Made by a program: the position numbers and the translations under genes. Positions 16,030 to 30,768 of a DNA stretch of 64,000 nt are shown piece after piece. Source of the stretch: the human T2T-CHM13v2.0 reference genome, Homo sapiens. Positions within the stretch are counted from its first letter, which is position 1; each line of letters opens with the position of its first letter. The notes under the pieces are model-generated. The model had not been told where the DNA came from and searched no databases. It was given only the letters and a program-made list of their open reading frames with translations. The DNA is taken from assembly GCF_009914755.1 (NCBI RefSeq), contig NC_060930.1; one strand, written 5' to 3'.

Positions 16030-16407
16030 TGTAATTATGGGAGTGGCATCCCTTTACCTTTGCCATATTCTATTGGTTAGAAGTAAATCACAAGTCCCAT
16101 TCACACTCAAGGGAAGAGTATTACACAAATACTTGAACACTAGGAGATAGAAATTATTGGAGATCAACCTAGGGAATCTTTGTCAAAGTAAGCTTGTGCA
16201 AAATTAATTGTGTTTTCCAGGCTTTTAAATATACTCCTACTGTAATCTGAATATTTGTGACTGCCCCATCACTGAAAATTCATATGTTGAAACCTAATCA
16301 CCAATATTATTAGGTTAGGCTTTAGGGCCTTTGGAAGGTGATTAGGTGATAAAGGTGGAATCTTCATGAATGGGATTAGTGCTCTTATAAAATATGCCTG
16401 AGAGAGA
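16030..16407. mobile_element. MaLR LTR fragments (MLT1/MST-like)
   Basis: ttgccatattctattggttagaag...cacactcaaggg and aaattcatatgttgaaacctaatcacc...catgaatgggattagtgctcttataa. Confidence 0.65.
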
Positions 16408-18105
<1,698 letters not shown>

Positions 18106-18830
18106 CTATCAATCTAGCTGGGACACACATATATATTCCACTAACTCATTTGGTAGCTGTTGTCCTAATCTGTGAATCTCCTTTGAATTTTCCTCTTGGC
18201 AGAGAAAGTTCCATTTTAAAGGGACAGTATAGTCGCTAAAGCTCCAGAACACTCTGTTTTCCTCCCTCCTGTCTTCCTTGTCTTCCATCTCTTTATGAGT
18301 CTAGATAAAGAGTTGTAATGTTCCCTAGAAAAAGTCACTGAGGTTATTAACTCCTTCACTCATTTTCCTTCCTTTTCAAACTTAGTAAACCATAGGAATT
18401 GCTTGAGCTCATTTCCAGGGGTTGACTTTTAAAGTGAAAGAACTTGTGGCATTTCCCTTCTGTCACAGATGCACAATCTGAACATTAAGTCAAATGCCTT
18501 AGAAAGCCTAAAATGATCCTGAAATAAAAATATTTACTCATAGTTCCTTCTTTGATCTTGCTTGAATTTTTCCCTCGGCTTGTGTTCCCATGAGGCAACA
18601 AGGCTCCAAGACAACTACAGTGAGGTTATGAAGAGCAAAAGAAAAAGACTGGCAAATCAGTGCTTCCATTAAAGCTGTTATTCACTGTCTTGAGTGGCTG
18701 TGAGTGGAATCAAAGGCCAAATAAAAATCCAAGAAATGAACAACTTTTTTTTAACAAAAAGGAAAATCTAAATTCTACCACAAATACCAAGGTATACTCT
18801 GATAGAAGGAAACCAAAAACAGTCTCCGTG

Positions 18831-18904
18831 GGCTCCGTAGCTTAGTTGGTTAAAGCGCCTGTCTAGTAAACAGGAGATCCTGGGTTCGACTCCCAGCGGG
18901 GCCT
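18831..18904 (+). tRNA. tRNA-Thr(AGT)
   Basis: GGCTCCGTAGCTTAGTTGGTTAAAGCGCCTGTCTAGTAAACAGGAGATCCTGGGTTCGACTCCCAGCGGGGCCT: 74 nt, full cloverleaf, U73; T5 at 18955-18959. Confidence 0.97.
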
Positions 18905-19890
18905 TGGTTGGCAAGGTCAGTGTGCCTTTCTGCCAACTGTCTTAAAACTTGAGATTTTTCTATCGTTCCTGTCTACCTTCGAAGATCCTCCACCCCTGAT
19001 TTTGGACATAACAGGTGGCATCCAAAGGCTTTGGAAACAAACTGAAACTGTACATCCTCCCAACATAAGACTACATAAAAATAGCAAAGATCAGGACAAT
19101 AATTATAATATACTGCCCATTTTTTTGTTTGCTTTAAAAAAAAATTCAAGCCATATCTTCCATTGGGATTTTCTGTGCAATGTCGTTTCAAGTATTCCAA
19201 TTTATATAAAGAGTTAAGAACAACAAATTGAAGTTTAGAGAGGGAACGTATACTGTAGGCGTGGATTTTAATACAGTACTGGCCAGTGCTCTTGGGATTA
19301 TAATTCAACTATAGGCATGCGAAGAGTTAGAATGTCTTCAATTCTCCAAATTTGTAAAATGTCAACTATGAATTAATAATCTGTAATTATGAATGCCGAT
19401 TATAGATACTACAATTACATGTACTGTGAATGTCGATTTAATATTGAAGAAGGCCAGCTACATAATTTACAGGCCCAGTGTAAAATGAAAATACAGGGTC
19501 CCTTATTCAAAAAGCAGGGGCAACTGCCATCAAAAGTGCTAAAATACAAAGCTTTTCCCTTTCAGTCGCTCTTTTTTCGGCCTGTCATGGTATTTTTCAT
19601 TTTCTGTCTAATGTCACTCTAATTAAGAAAAAATAAAATAAAATTGTGAGTATCAAAATGAATTTTACAGTTCATCTTTATTTCACACATCAAAATTCAC
19701 GGGGCATCGCGATTGCTTTATTATATATGGAGAAGCAAAGGAAGTCAGACACGAAATTCCTTTGCTTATGTGCCATGCTCTTTTGCTCCCCCGAATATCA
19801 ATTACTAAATATAAATTAAGAGATGCAGTTCATATGAAATTTTAAGACTACAAAGGCAGATCGCTGGTAGAGTCTCTGAAAAGGAAAAGT

Positions 19891-19963
19891 TGCCAAAACC
19901 CAGAATTGAACCAGTCTCCTTTAGATCTTCAGGCTGATGCCCTCCCAACCGAGCTATCTCAGC
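19891..19963 (-). pseudogene. tRNA-Phe(GAA) pseudogene
   Basis: Reverse complement GCTGAGATAGCTCGGTTGGGAGGGCATCAGCCTGAAGATCTAAAGGAGACTGGTTCAATTCTGGGTTTTGGCA. Phe body with mismatched anticodon and T stems; T-runs follow. Confidence 0.85.
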
Positions 19964-21327
19964 TTACTGTAGACTGAAAATTTTATTCAATTTCTCTTTC
20001 AATACTTCGATTGTTTCCAACTTTTTAGCTTTCAGGTTTCTTAAGTACTTTTATTATACAATGTATTTACCCACTAAGAAAGACTTGGAACTTATTGACT
20101 CCTACATATGATGGCTGAATCCAATTCCCTGGCAGTGTGGAATGGATAGGTGGAGGAGGGAGATAGAAGAAAAGTAACAGGAATTAAAAAACAAACAAAA
20201 AACTTTCTGCTCTTCCACATCCTGTTGGTTGAGCCAGACACAGCAAAGAAAATTTAAAAATAAAAATAAAAAATAAAATGTGGTGGCGTTCTTTGTTTTT
20301 CTTTTCTTTTTGTCTTTAATAATCTTCGAAGATGCGGAGAATTGGAACCCAAGGTTAATTTCTGTTAATGTGGGGTCAGGTTTCTGTCTCCTAGCGATGA
20401 TTTTGAATGAGCTATTAATCCTTTGTTTTATCCTCTTTCATCTAGTCTTTGTCATAGTCTTTTGCCCTGGGTGGTGCAGAAGTTTATGGCGTACAAATGG
20501 AGTAGCACTAAAGGGAGTACTTTGGATCATGTATGCGAGTAAAGCGTATGAGAAAAGAAGGGGTGGCTGTTGGTGAGTAGCTAAAGAACAGCAACATTTT
20601 CAGGAAATGAAACCAAGACAGCACACATTTTAAGTATGCATTCTACCACCGAGCAACATTCTTGTGATAGCCAAGCTCTCTTGGAGATACATCTTGATAT
20701 ATCAGTGTCAGTATTTCTAATTTTCAAAACATAATGGTTGGCGGGAGAAAATCCACTGAGATAAATCCCACTATTTCTGAAATCACTAAACTGGATCTCG
20801 TTTAATCGCTATACCACGAGAAAGGTTACTGAATTGCAGACTAAATGACAATGCATCTGCTTCTAGGACATTCCCAGTCCAACCTGAAAAGGGTAGACAA
20901 TTGCTGAAACATGTTTATATGAATATTGTTTTACTTGCACATAATTAACCTAGGGTGAATAAGTTTCTTTCTTTTGAACTGATAGAGCTTTGTTTTCTTT
21001 TGTTTTTCACATTGTGAGATTTGTCACAGACAATTGTCACAATTGTTTTGACCTAATTAAAGTGTGGAGCACATTACTGCTAATTATTTTCAATATTCCC
21101 CTTTTTATTAAGAGCTAGAACAAGTCTTTATTGTGGATCGGAAGCTGATTGGGAAACTAGGAGCTAGTTTTAATGTAAGAAACATCATACATTTTTTATT
21201 ATTAAAAATGTAGAACTTAAATTTAGGAAAGACAATATCAAAAAGAACTGCCAAATACAATTGTATTACATCAGGATACTAGATGTGTAATGTAAAAAAA
21301 GTTTTTTTTTGCTGTAAAAATTATTAG

Positions 21328-21567
<240 letters not shown>

Positions 21568-21709
21568 TAACGAGGATTGAGAGTCAGCTGGAAAATGGAT
21601 GTTGTCACACTGTCCGACAAATACAGTGTGAATTCAGCTCGCCGACGGCTGCCTCTGGACTGAGGAGCACTTCATTTGAGTTAGTATTGCGGGAGAAAAT
21701 AGAAGTGTG

Positions 21710-21753
21710 GCAAACATAGCTCAATTGGAAGAGCTCTGGACTAAAGGTCTAGA
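21710..21753 (+). pseudogene. Highly decayed 5' half of a tRNA-Phe-like gene
   Basis: GCAAACATAGCTCAATTGGAAGAGCTCTGGACTAAAGGTCTA aligns without gaps to GCCAAAATTGCTCAGTTGGGAGAGCGTTAGACTGAAGATCTA (57182); no T arm. Confidence 0.55.
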
Positions 21754-22084
21754 CTAAAATCAGGGATCCTTCTCCATGACTGAACAGTCCTCAATGTGGG
21801 AAGTTTGTGCTTTTTGCTGTTGGAGGAAAGTAGCTTTCATGAAGTTTGCTTGTGAATGGAGCTTGAAGCTGGCTAACAGGAACTGGAAAGTCCGAGGATA
21901 AGAAACTGCGTCATTTGGACTATAATCTTAGTGTCTTAGTATACTGTTATAAGTATATTAGGATACTGTTAGCTGCCAAACAGTATCCAGTTCAGTGATT
22001 TCACGAAAGTAGTGGAATTTAATCCAGCGATCTTTCTCCAACCAACAGAAAATGAAACCAACAAACTGAAAACAAGTGATATTT

Positions 22085-22093
22085 TATATATAA
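22085..22093 (+). promoter_or_regulatory. TATA-like element at about -33 to -25 of tRNA-Ala(CGC)
   Basis: tatatataa at the spacing expected for TFIIIB/TBP binding; function inferred only. Confidence 0.4.
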
Positions 22094-22117
22094 GCCAACA
22101 GAACTCTCATGTGGTCA

Positions 22118-22189
22118 GGGGGTGTAGCTCAGTGGTAGAGCGCGTGCTTCGCATGTACGAGGCCCCGGGTTCGACCCCCGGCTCCTCCA
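22118..22189 (+). tRNA. tRNA-Ala(CGC)
   Basis: GGGGGTGTAGCTCAGTGGTAGAGCGCGTGCTTCGCATGTACGAGGCCCCGGGTTCGACCCCCGGCTCCTCCA: G3:U70, one U6-U67 mismatch; T-run ~9 nt downstream. Confidence 0.95.
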
Positions 22190-23089
22190 GTTGTCCATTT
22201 TCTTCATTCTCCTTTCTGGTTCTTTGCATGCGTTTGTCACTTTTCTCCTACTCCTATAAAAAGAGGACAGTGTCAAATGTGTTGCTTTTAATACTATGCT
22301 ATTTATTCTGGCACTCATCTGTGGCTTTTTATAAAACTTAGCTTGAGAAGAATGTCTTGCTAACGTGAGTGAAACAAGCAGACATTGAAAGGGGGACACA
22401 AATTACCCCACAAGGAGTTCTTCTTTATATTTTTTCCAGACGCAAATATCTTTTAAATTATGTTGATTAAGGTTAAAACTTTCTAGGCTTACATCAAAGC
22501 TGTGTGTGGGTCATGGCATCATTTCTAACTGTATGTAGATATCGACTTGTAGCCCAGCGTAAAAAAAAAAAAAAAAAAAAAAAACCTAAATAGATAAATT
22601 TTCCATCAAGATCTCCTTGGCAGGAAGCACGAACCCTGCAGTCTCATTACGGACCCATGCACTTTGAGTTCCGTTTGGCGGTATCGCTAAAGAGATAGAC
22701 TAAAAAAGAATGGAAATAAGAAAAAATAGGCAGCTCAGAGAAAATTTTCCGTGCATCTCTGCTTTATGGGCATTAGGTCGTCCAAGGATGAGGAGCAGAA
22801 AATCTTCCCACTGGTTGCCTTCCGCCTCTCTCCTCGGGGCTTCTCCAACAGCCGCCTCTGCCGCTGATAATTGAATTGTGAGCAGCAGAGGGGCTGGGCA
22901 TTAGGTCCCAAGTTTTTCTGGGTGAGTTAGTGTGTAAAGGTTGTCTAAATGTAAGGTGGCACTCAGCGCTTTGCCTCGCGAACGCTTAAAACATCATTTG
23001 GGTGACTGAAAACAGCCAGCTCTCGTTCGCTGCAATAGCTTACAGCCTACAGCAAGCGATCTACCAACAGGTTTTAAAAGTTAGGTCTT

Positions 23090-23382
<293 letters not shown>

Positions 23383-24728
23383 GTTAGGTCTTGGGTTTTG
23401 GCAGCAGTTATTTTTATTGCATATTAAATCGACTTTCACAGGAAATGTACACAAAATATGTAATAGAAGACACCGAATAACTCCCCCCATTCCTCAAACC
23501 AAAACATCTAGCTGCAGTAAAAATCTCAGAAGCATTGCCAAATAGCGTATTTAAATTATTTGCCTTCTACATTTCCTCGATGAATTTCAGGGTTGTTTGT
23601 TCTTGAATCTTTAAATGAATTAATAATACTTCACATATCACTGTACCAAAGGCCCCAAAGGCAGGTGTGGCCAAAGGTGTGTGGATGAGGAATAGGACTA
23701 GATAAAGTTGCTTGAATTTCTAGAAAGAAACACTTGTTAAAGAGTAAGTAAAAACTATGGTATATCATTGTTCTGCACTTTCTTTTCCATACAAATCGTG
23801 TATTGGTGAATGTATCAAAATCGATCAGTTTTCTTTGTCAAAGCTTTTGCATGCTACCTTTTGTATTAAAAAAGGATGTTTTAAATGTGAAGTTGAAATT
23901 CCAAATATAGCGTCAAATTTCCTTTGTTTGAAAAAACTAAGAGCGTGCTCCTCCTAGTTCCTTAAGGAGCAGGAGAGGGAGCAAGGATGAATCACTAGCT
24001 CAGTTATCTCTGAGACCCAAACCCAGGACAGAGGTTTTAACCAGCTAAGTCACAGAGTCCCCTGGCAGGGCTATCCCCATCAGGTATATTATGGTCATGC
24101 TGCTGTCTGAATTATTTCTGGGCAAAGAAAAAATGATAGACCTTCTTTCTCTTTGACCCTCATTTCATTGACTCCTGATTGGCCCGCAGAGTTGCCAAAT
24201 CAGTGAAAAACAGCTTGGACCACCTTCCATTTTGCCAAGCATGGATTCTCAGGGCATCTTTTACCTCTTGCTGTTTATAACCCTACAGTATTTGGTGTGG
24301 AGCCCTCAACACATCTCTCAGGCAGCTATCAAGAACGATGAAAGACAAAACATCCCCATGAAGCAGTAGAACTCTGGCCATCGTAATCCATGAGGGAATC
24401 CATATTTTGGAGACCCCTTTCCAGGAAAAGGGAATAGCTAAGACCCACGACCTCAAAGCTTCACACACAAACAAGCCTGGCCAACGTTAACACACTTGGC
24501 TTCAGGTTGGAACTCCAGTGTGTTTCTCTTTCTCCAGGTAGTCTCCACCCTATCACAGATTTCCTACACCGTTGCACCAGAGCCCCTGAATTTTCACTGC
24601 TTCTGGCTGTCTGCACAATTAGAAATACTAGGAGGAGGGTACAAAAGAGCAGAACTCAGAAAGTTGTCTGGGGAAATCTAGATTCAGATGGAAGAAGAAA
24701 ACAAGTCCCAAATGAAAACCTATGTGTG

Positions 24729-25773
24729 CTTTTCCGCGCTACCCACAGAGGGGTCCATAGGGCGTTGTTTTGGATTCCCGTTGTGACTTGAAGGGAAACT
24801 TTCACAATGTTCGGAGCCCTTGATGTACTGCAGATGAATGAGGAGGATGTCCTTAAGTTCCTTGCCGCAAGAACCCACTCAGGTGGCACCAATCTTTACT
24901 TCCAAATGGAACAGTACATTTATAAAAGTAAAAGCGATGGCATCTACATCATAAATCTGAAAAGGACCTGAGAGAAGCTTCTGCTGGCAGCTCGTGCCAT
25001 TGCTGCCATTGAAAACCTTGCTGATGTCAGTGTTATATCCTCCAGGAATACTGGCCAGAGGGCAGTGCTGAAATTTGCTGCTGCCACTGGAGCCACTCCA
25101 ATTGCTGGCTGCTTCACTCCTGGAACCTTCACTAGCCAGATCCAGGCAGCCTTCCGAGAACCACGGCTTCCTGTGGTTACTGACCCCAGGGTTGACCACC
25201 AGCCTTTAAAGGAGGCATCTTATGTTAACCTACCTACCATTGCTCTGTGTAACACAGATTCTCCTCTGTGCTATGTGGATATTGCCATTCCATGCAACAA
25301 CAAAGGAGCTCACTCAGTGGGTGTGATGTGGTGGATGTTGGTCCCAGAAGTTCGGCGCATAAGTGGCACCATTTCCCGTGAACACCCGTGGGAGGTCATG
25401 ACTGATCCCTGCTTCTACAGAGATCCCGAAGAGATTGAAAAAGAAAAGCAAGCTGCTGCTGAAAAGGCTCTGACCAACGAGGAATTTCAGGGTGAATGGA
25501 CTGCACCAGCTCCTCAGTTCACTGCTACCCAGCCTGAGGTTGCAGACAGGTCTGAAGGCCTGCAGGTGCCGTCTGTGCCTATCCAGCAGTTACCTACTGA
25601 AGACTGGAGCGCTCAGCCTGACACAGAAGACTGATCTGCAGCTCAAACTGCTCAGGCCACTGAATGGGTAGAAGCAACCACTGAATGGTCTTAAGCTATT
25701 CTTGCACAGGCTCTTAGACAACATGGAAATAACATTGACGGGAAATAAACATCAGTTTCAAAAAAAAAAAAAA
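24729..25773 (+). pseudogene. RPSAP2: Processed pseudogene of RPSA (uS2 / 37 kDa laminin receptor), full length
   Basis: Intronless: 5' UTR, ATG 24807 ([10 protein letters not shown]...), original stop TAA 25692-25694 after 295 codons. Premature TGA at codon 55 (24969) and codon 276 (25632). AATAAA then poly(A); degenerate TSD aaaaccta..gtg..tgct at ~24715 and ~25860. RPSA identity is firm; the paralogue number rests on recalled locus context. Confidence 0.93.
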
Positions 25774-26901
25774 GGAGAGAGAGAGAGAAAGAAAGAACGA
25801 ACGAAAGAAAGAAACAAAGAAAGAGTAAGAAAGAAAAGAAAAGAAAGAAAAAAGAAAAAAAAACCTAAGTGTATGCTGTCACAGTCACTGCTCTAGCAAA
25901 CTCTTCAGTGGATCATCATGATCAGGAAACTCAGCAGTGGCTTCGTCTCAGGGACGCTGCAGTTCCGTTCCTGAGACCTACAAAGAAACACATAGGAGGC
26001 ATTTAAGTTTAAGGGACTTAAACTTCTGTTACAACCTCTTTACTCTTACCCCGTGCTCCTGGAGAGATTCTGAAACCTCAACCATCACAATGGCACAAAT
26101 AACAGACACTTTCCTCCTGTTGTTAAATTTTGGGGTGTCCAACTATGTCCACATAAATTTTAGGAGGTAATCCTAAACCATTGTGTCTTCTCTTACTTTT
26201 ACCTTTCTCTCTAATATTTTTCCTATTTGTGCAAAATCTGTATCTTCCTGAATATGTGAATAAATTATGTATCAACTTCTTGGTTCCTTCCCAACTTTTG
26301 TCTCCTGTCCCCACCCCCGCTAGAATTAACGGAGTGAGGCTCAGTTGTGGCTGGAAAGTCACTGAGATGGGCGTTTAGAGGCAAGGCGCCATTTATAACA
26401 TAGCCAACCAGAAACAACCTCCAATAAAGAGTCAAAAGGTTTTAGACTGGAATGCAGTGTTTCCTGAGCCTGAGGAACCGCCCTGAGAACTTCAATGGTA
26501 TACCCGTTTGTAACTTACAGCTCCATAGAGGACCGATAATCACCGGATAGGGAGAAAGATGGGAATCTTCACAATTGAAAGGTCTCCCTCAGACGATTAT
26601 CATTCAGGCTTGAGAACGCCAACCTAGAAAGTGGAGCTGCAGAAACTGTAGTGAGCTGAGCTGCTGGAGGACATTTAGGTAGGAGGAAGCCGTGGAACTG
26701 AATCAACGGGAATGGGAGAAAGTGGAAGTGAAGGTGACAAGAGGTGGTGAAGAAAACGAGTCGGGAGATAGGTGGAGGCAGGTGGTTGCAGAAGAGGAAG
26801 GGACGAAGGAGAGAGCTTCAAGCCAGATCTTTACGGAGGCCTAAGATTTGGATGGCCCTGAAATTGTCCGCATTGCCAATGTCTCCTAGGCTCCTCTATA
26901 A

Positions 26902-27183
<282 letters not shown>

Positions 27184-27585
27184 CCTCGGCTCCTCTTTGG
27201 CTGTAGGAAACCAGGTCTTTCCCTCCCAAGGGAGGTGAACTACAAGCTTCTGTTCCACAGGAAAACATAACCCTTTTTGTCCAAAACTGACACCGCTTTG
27301 AGAGCGACCAGCGGCTTTTTCCATCTCTGAAAATAATTTTCTCAACTGTGTATTTTGAAAGTCTCGGAGTTTCGCCAGAAGCGTCTTTCGTTCGGAAAAA
27401 ATTCTAAACATTCCTTCTTTAGAGAAAGCTGAGATCACAGCGCTCCCATGACTAATGATTGGACCCACTTTTGCCGCCCAACCAAGATTCTATGAGTGGT
27501 GGAAATGTAGGGGAGAATGAGGAAAGGTCTGTAGTCTGTCAGATATGGGTGGAGTGGGGGTGGGGGGGGGAGGAGAGAAATCTAA

Positions 27586-27919
<334 letters not shown>

Positions 27920-28215
27920 AGGAGAACGAGTCTTCTATGACCGGCATGCCTGTTGCTTCACTCTCAGGGGATCTTGAATAAGCAGCTTCTCTATTTCAGT
28001 AAATAACTATAAAGCTGTGCTGAAGCAGTCAGGTTGGGAGGCTGAAGGAGTGTTAGGACCCATAGTACAAATGAATGAGTACCAAATGGCTTACCTTCGC
28101 TGTGAGTAGGAAAAACACAAGCTAGTGTATGCACAAAGAAAAAAGAAAAGACTGGAACGAAGTATTCAAAGACTGAAACGAAATGTTCAACGATAGATAT
28201 AAGGAAATGTACTTG

Positions 28216-28287
28216 TGGAAGTGCTGGGGATCGAACCCAGAGCCTCATGAATGCTAAGCATACGCTCTACCACTGAGCTACACCCCC
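28216..28287 (-). tRNA. tRNA-Ala(AGC) variant with imperfect anticodon stem
   Basis: Reverse complement GGGGGTGTAGCTCAGTGGTAGAGCGTATGCTTAGCATTCATGAGGCTCTGGGTTCGATCCCCAGCACTTCCA: G3:U70 plus G4:U69, C31-U39 mismatch, intact A/B boxes. Confidence 0.88.
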
Positions 28288-28764
28288 ACTTACAATGCCG
28301 TTTTCTTACTGATTTATTATATGCTATTATCTAAAGGTGAGGGCTTAAGGCATGATAGGTTAAAGTCCGCTATGTTTTAACTCCTGTTTCTGAAACTTCT
28401 GAATGGAATCTTGTCTTGACGCTGTGTCAAGAGGAGAAAGGTATTCTGGACCGAAAGACCCTTGGATCCTCTCACAGCCGTCATCTATTTCAAGGACTGC
28501 TGTTAGCCAACTTTCTTTGTCAGTTTCCGTCCACCTGGAGCGAAGTTCCAAGATTGAATCTTCTGGTATGTCTTCAGATTCTCTCCTTTTTAAAAAAACC
28601 TCCTCTATGGAGCTGCCAACACACACACACACACACACGCGCGCGCGATAGTGCCAGAGAATATAAAGACGAGTTCTGTGAGTGCTGCAGAGGAAACGTA
28701 GATCCAGGTGAGGAGACAAGACAAGATGTTAATGCACAAAAGTCAACTAAAAACGAATTTAAAT

Positions 28765-29942
28765 CTTAAACTTAAGCCCCTAAACTGTAAAATTCCTTGA
28801 AGAAAACAGGGGGGAATATTCTTGACATTGGTTTAGGCAATGGTTTCTTGAGTATGACACCAAAAGCACAGGCAACAAAAGCAAAAATGGATAAGCGAGA
28901 CTATAGCAAACTAAAAAGCTTCTTCACAGGAAAGAAAACAATCAACAAAGGAAAAAGGCAAGCTATGGAATGGGAGAAAATATTTGCAAATCATTTATCT
29001 GATAAGGGGTTAATACACAAAATAAATTTTTTAAACCGCTACAAGTCAATAGCCACACACACACACACACACACACATACACACACACACCCCTTAGAAT
29101 CCCAAATAACCTGATTTTTAAAACGAGCATAGGACTTGAATAGACATGTCTCCAAAGAAGACATACAAATAGCCACTAGGTATGTGAAGAGGTGCTCTTA
29201 ACATCACTAATCATCAAGGAAATGCAAATCAAAATCACAATAGATACCACCTCACACCTATTAGGATGTCTGTTATTAAAAAGAAAAAACTCAAAAGGTA
29301 AGTGTTAGCAAAGATGTAGAGAAATTGGAACCCTTCTACACTGTTGGTGTGTAAAATGATGACACCACTATGGAAAATAGTAAGGGGTCGCCTCAAAAGA
29401 TAAAAATAGAACTACCATATGATCCAGCAATCCCACTTCTGGGTATATGTCCCCAAAAAATCGAAATTAGAATTTCAAAGAAACATATGCACTCCCATGT
29501 TCACTGCAGCATTATTTACAATAACCAAGATAAGGGAACAATCCAAGTGTCCATTGAGAGATGAGTGGACAAAGAAAATGTGGTATATACATACAATGGA
29601 ATATTATTCAGCCTTTTATAAAAAAGAAATTCTGCCATTTGCACCAGCATCAATGATTAACCTGGAGGACATTATGCTAAGTGAAATAAGCCAGTCACAG
29701 AAGGACAAATATTTCATAATTCCACTTATATGAGGTATCTAAAATAGTCAAACTCATAAATGCAGAGAACAGAATGGTGATTGTCAGGGACCAGAGGCAG
29801 AGGGAAATGGGGAGTTGTTGCTCGGTGAGTTAAAATTTTAGTTATGAAACATGAATAAGTTCTAGAGATCTATTGCACAACCTAGTGCCTTCAGTTAACA
29901 ATACCATAATGTACACTTAAAATTTTGTTAAAAAGATAACTC
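28765..29942 (+). mobile_element. L1 (L1M-type) ORF2 3' part and 3' UTR
   Basis: Translated pieces TPKAQATKAKMDK, WEKIFANHLSDKGLI, ELPYDPAIPLLGI, CTPMFTAALFTI, WYIHTMEYYSA are L1 ORF2p C-terminal motifs in shifted frames. Confidence 0.92.
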
Positions 29943-30273
<331 letters not shown>

Positions 30274-30605
30274 TTACCACCCATGAACATGAAAGAACAC
30301 AAAGAAACTTTTGGAGTTGATAAGTGTGTTTATTACCGATTGTGGAAATAGCATTATAAATGTATGCATATGTCCTCACTCATATGCTTACCTTCAACGT
30401 GTAGGGGTTTTGCATATATCAACTGTACTTCAATAAAGTTGTTAATAACTCCTGAAAAACAACCAAACAAGCAAAGACAAGAGGTTAATTCACAACACTT
30501 GACAAAAACAAAGAGTGACAAAGGTAGCAGTTTTGCACAAGGTTGCGTCCAACATCTGGATTTGGAAATGTGGCAGCGGCTTCATCGGCGACTCTACAGC
30601 TATAG

Positions 30606-30768
30606 GTTTTTTTGTTTTTGATTTTTTATAGAGACGGGATGGGGGAAGGGGGCGGGTCGGTCTTCTCCCTGTGTTGCCCAGGCTGGTCTTGAATTCCTGG
30701 GCTTAAGCAATACTCCCGCCTCCGCCTCCAAAAGTGCTCGGATTACTGGTGTTTGCCGCCAAGCCTGA
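30606..30768 (-). mobile_element. Alu left monomer (FLAM/AluJ-like)
   Basis: tgttgcccaggctggtcttgaattcctgggcttaagcaa...aaagtgctcggattac. Confidence 0.85.

Noticed and set aside
18831-18904. Wobble pair at 4:69 of tRNA-Thr as an AlaRS mischarging signal
   Set aside because: The pair is U4:G69, the reverse of the G4:U69 known to promote alanylation.
25065-25634. 189-aa RPSA-like ORF as a coding gene
   Set aside because: GTG start inside a retrocopy between two premature stops; poly(A) and TSD mark it as a processed pseudogene.
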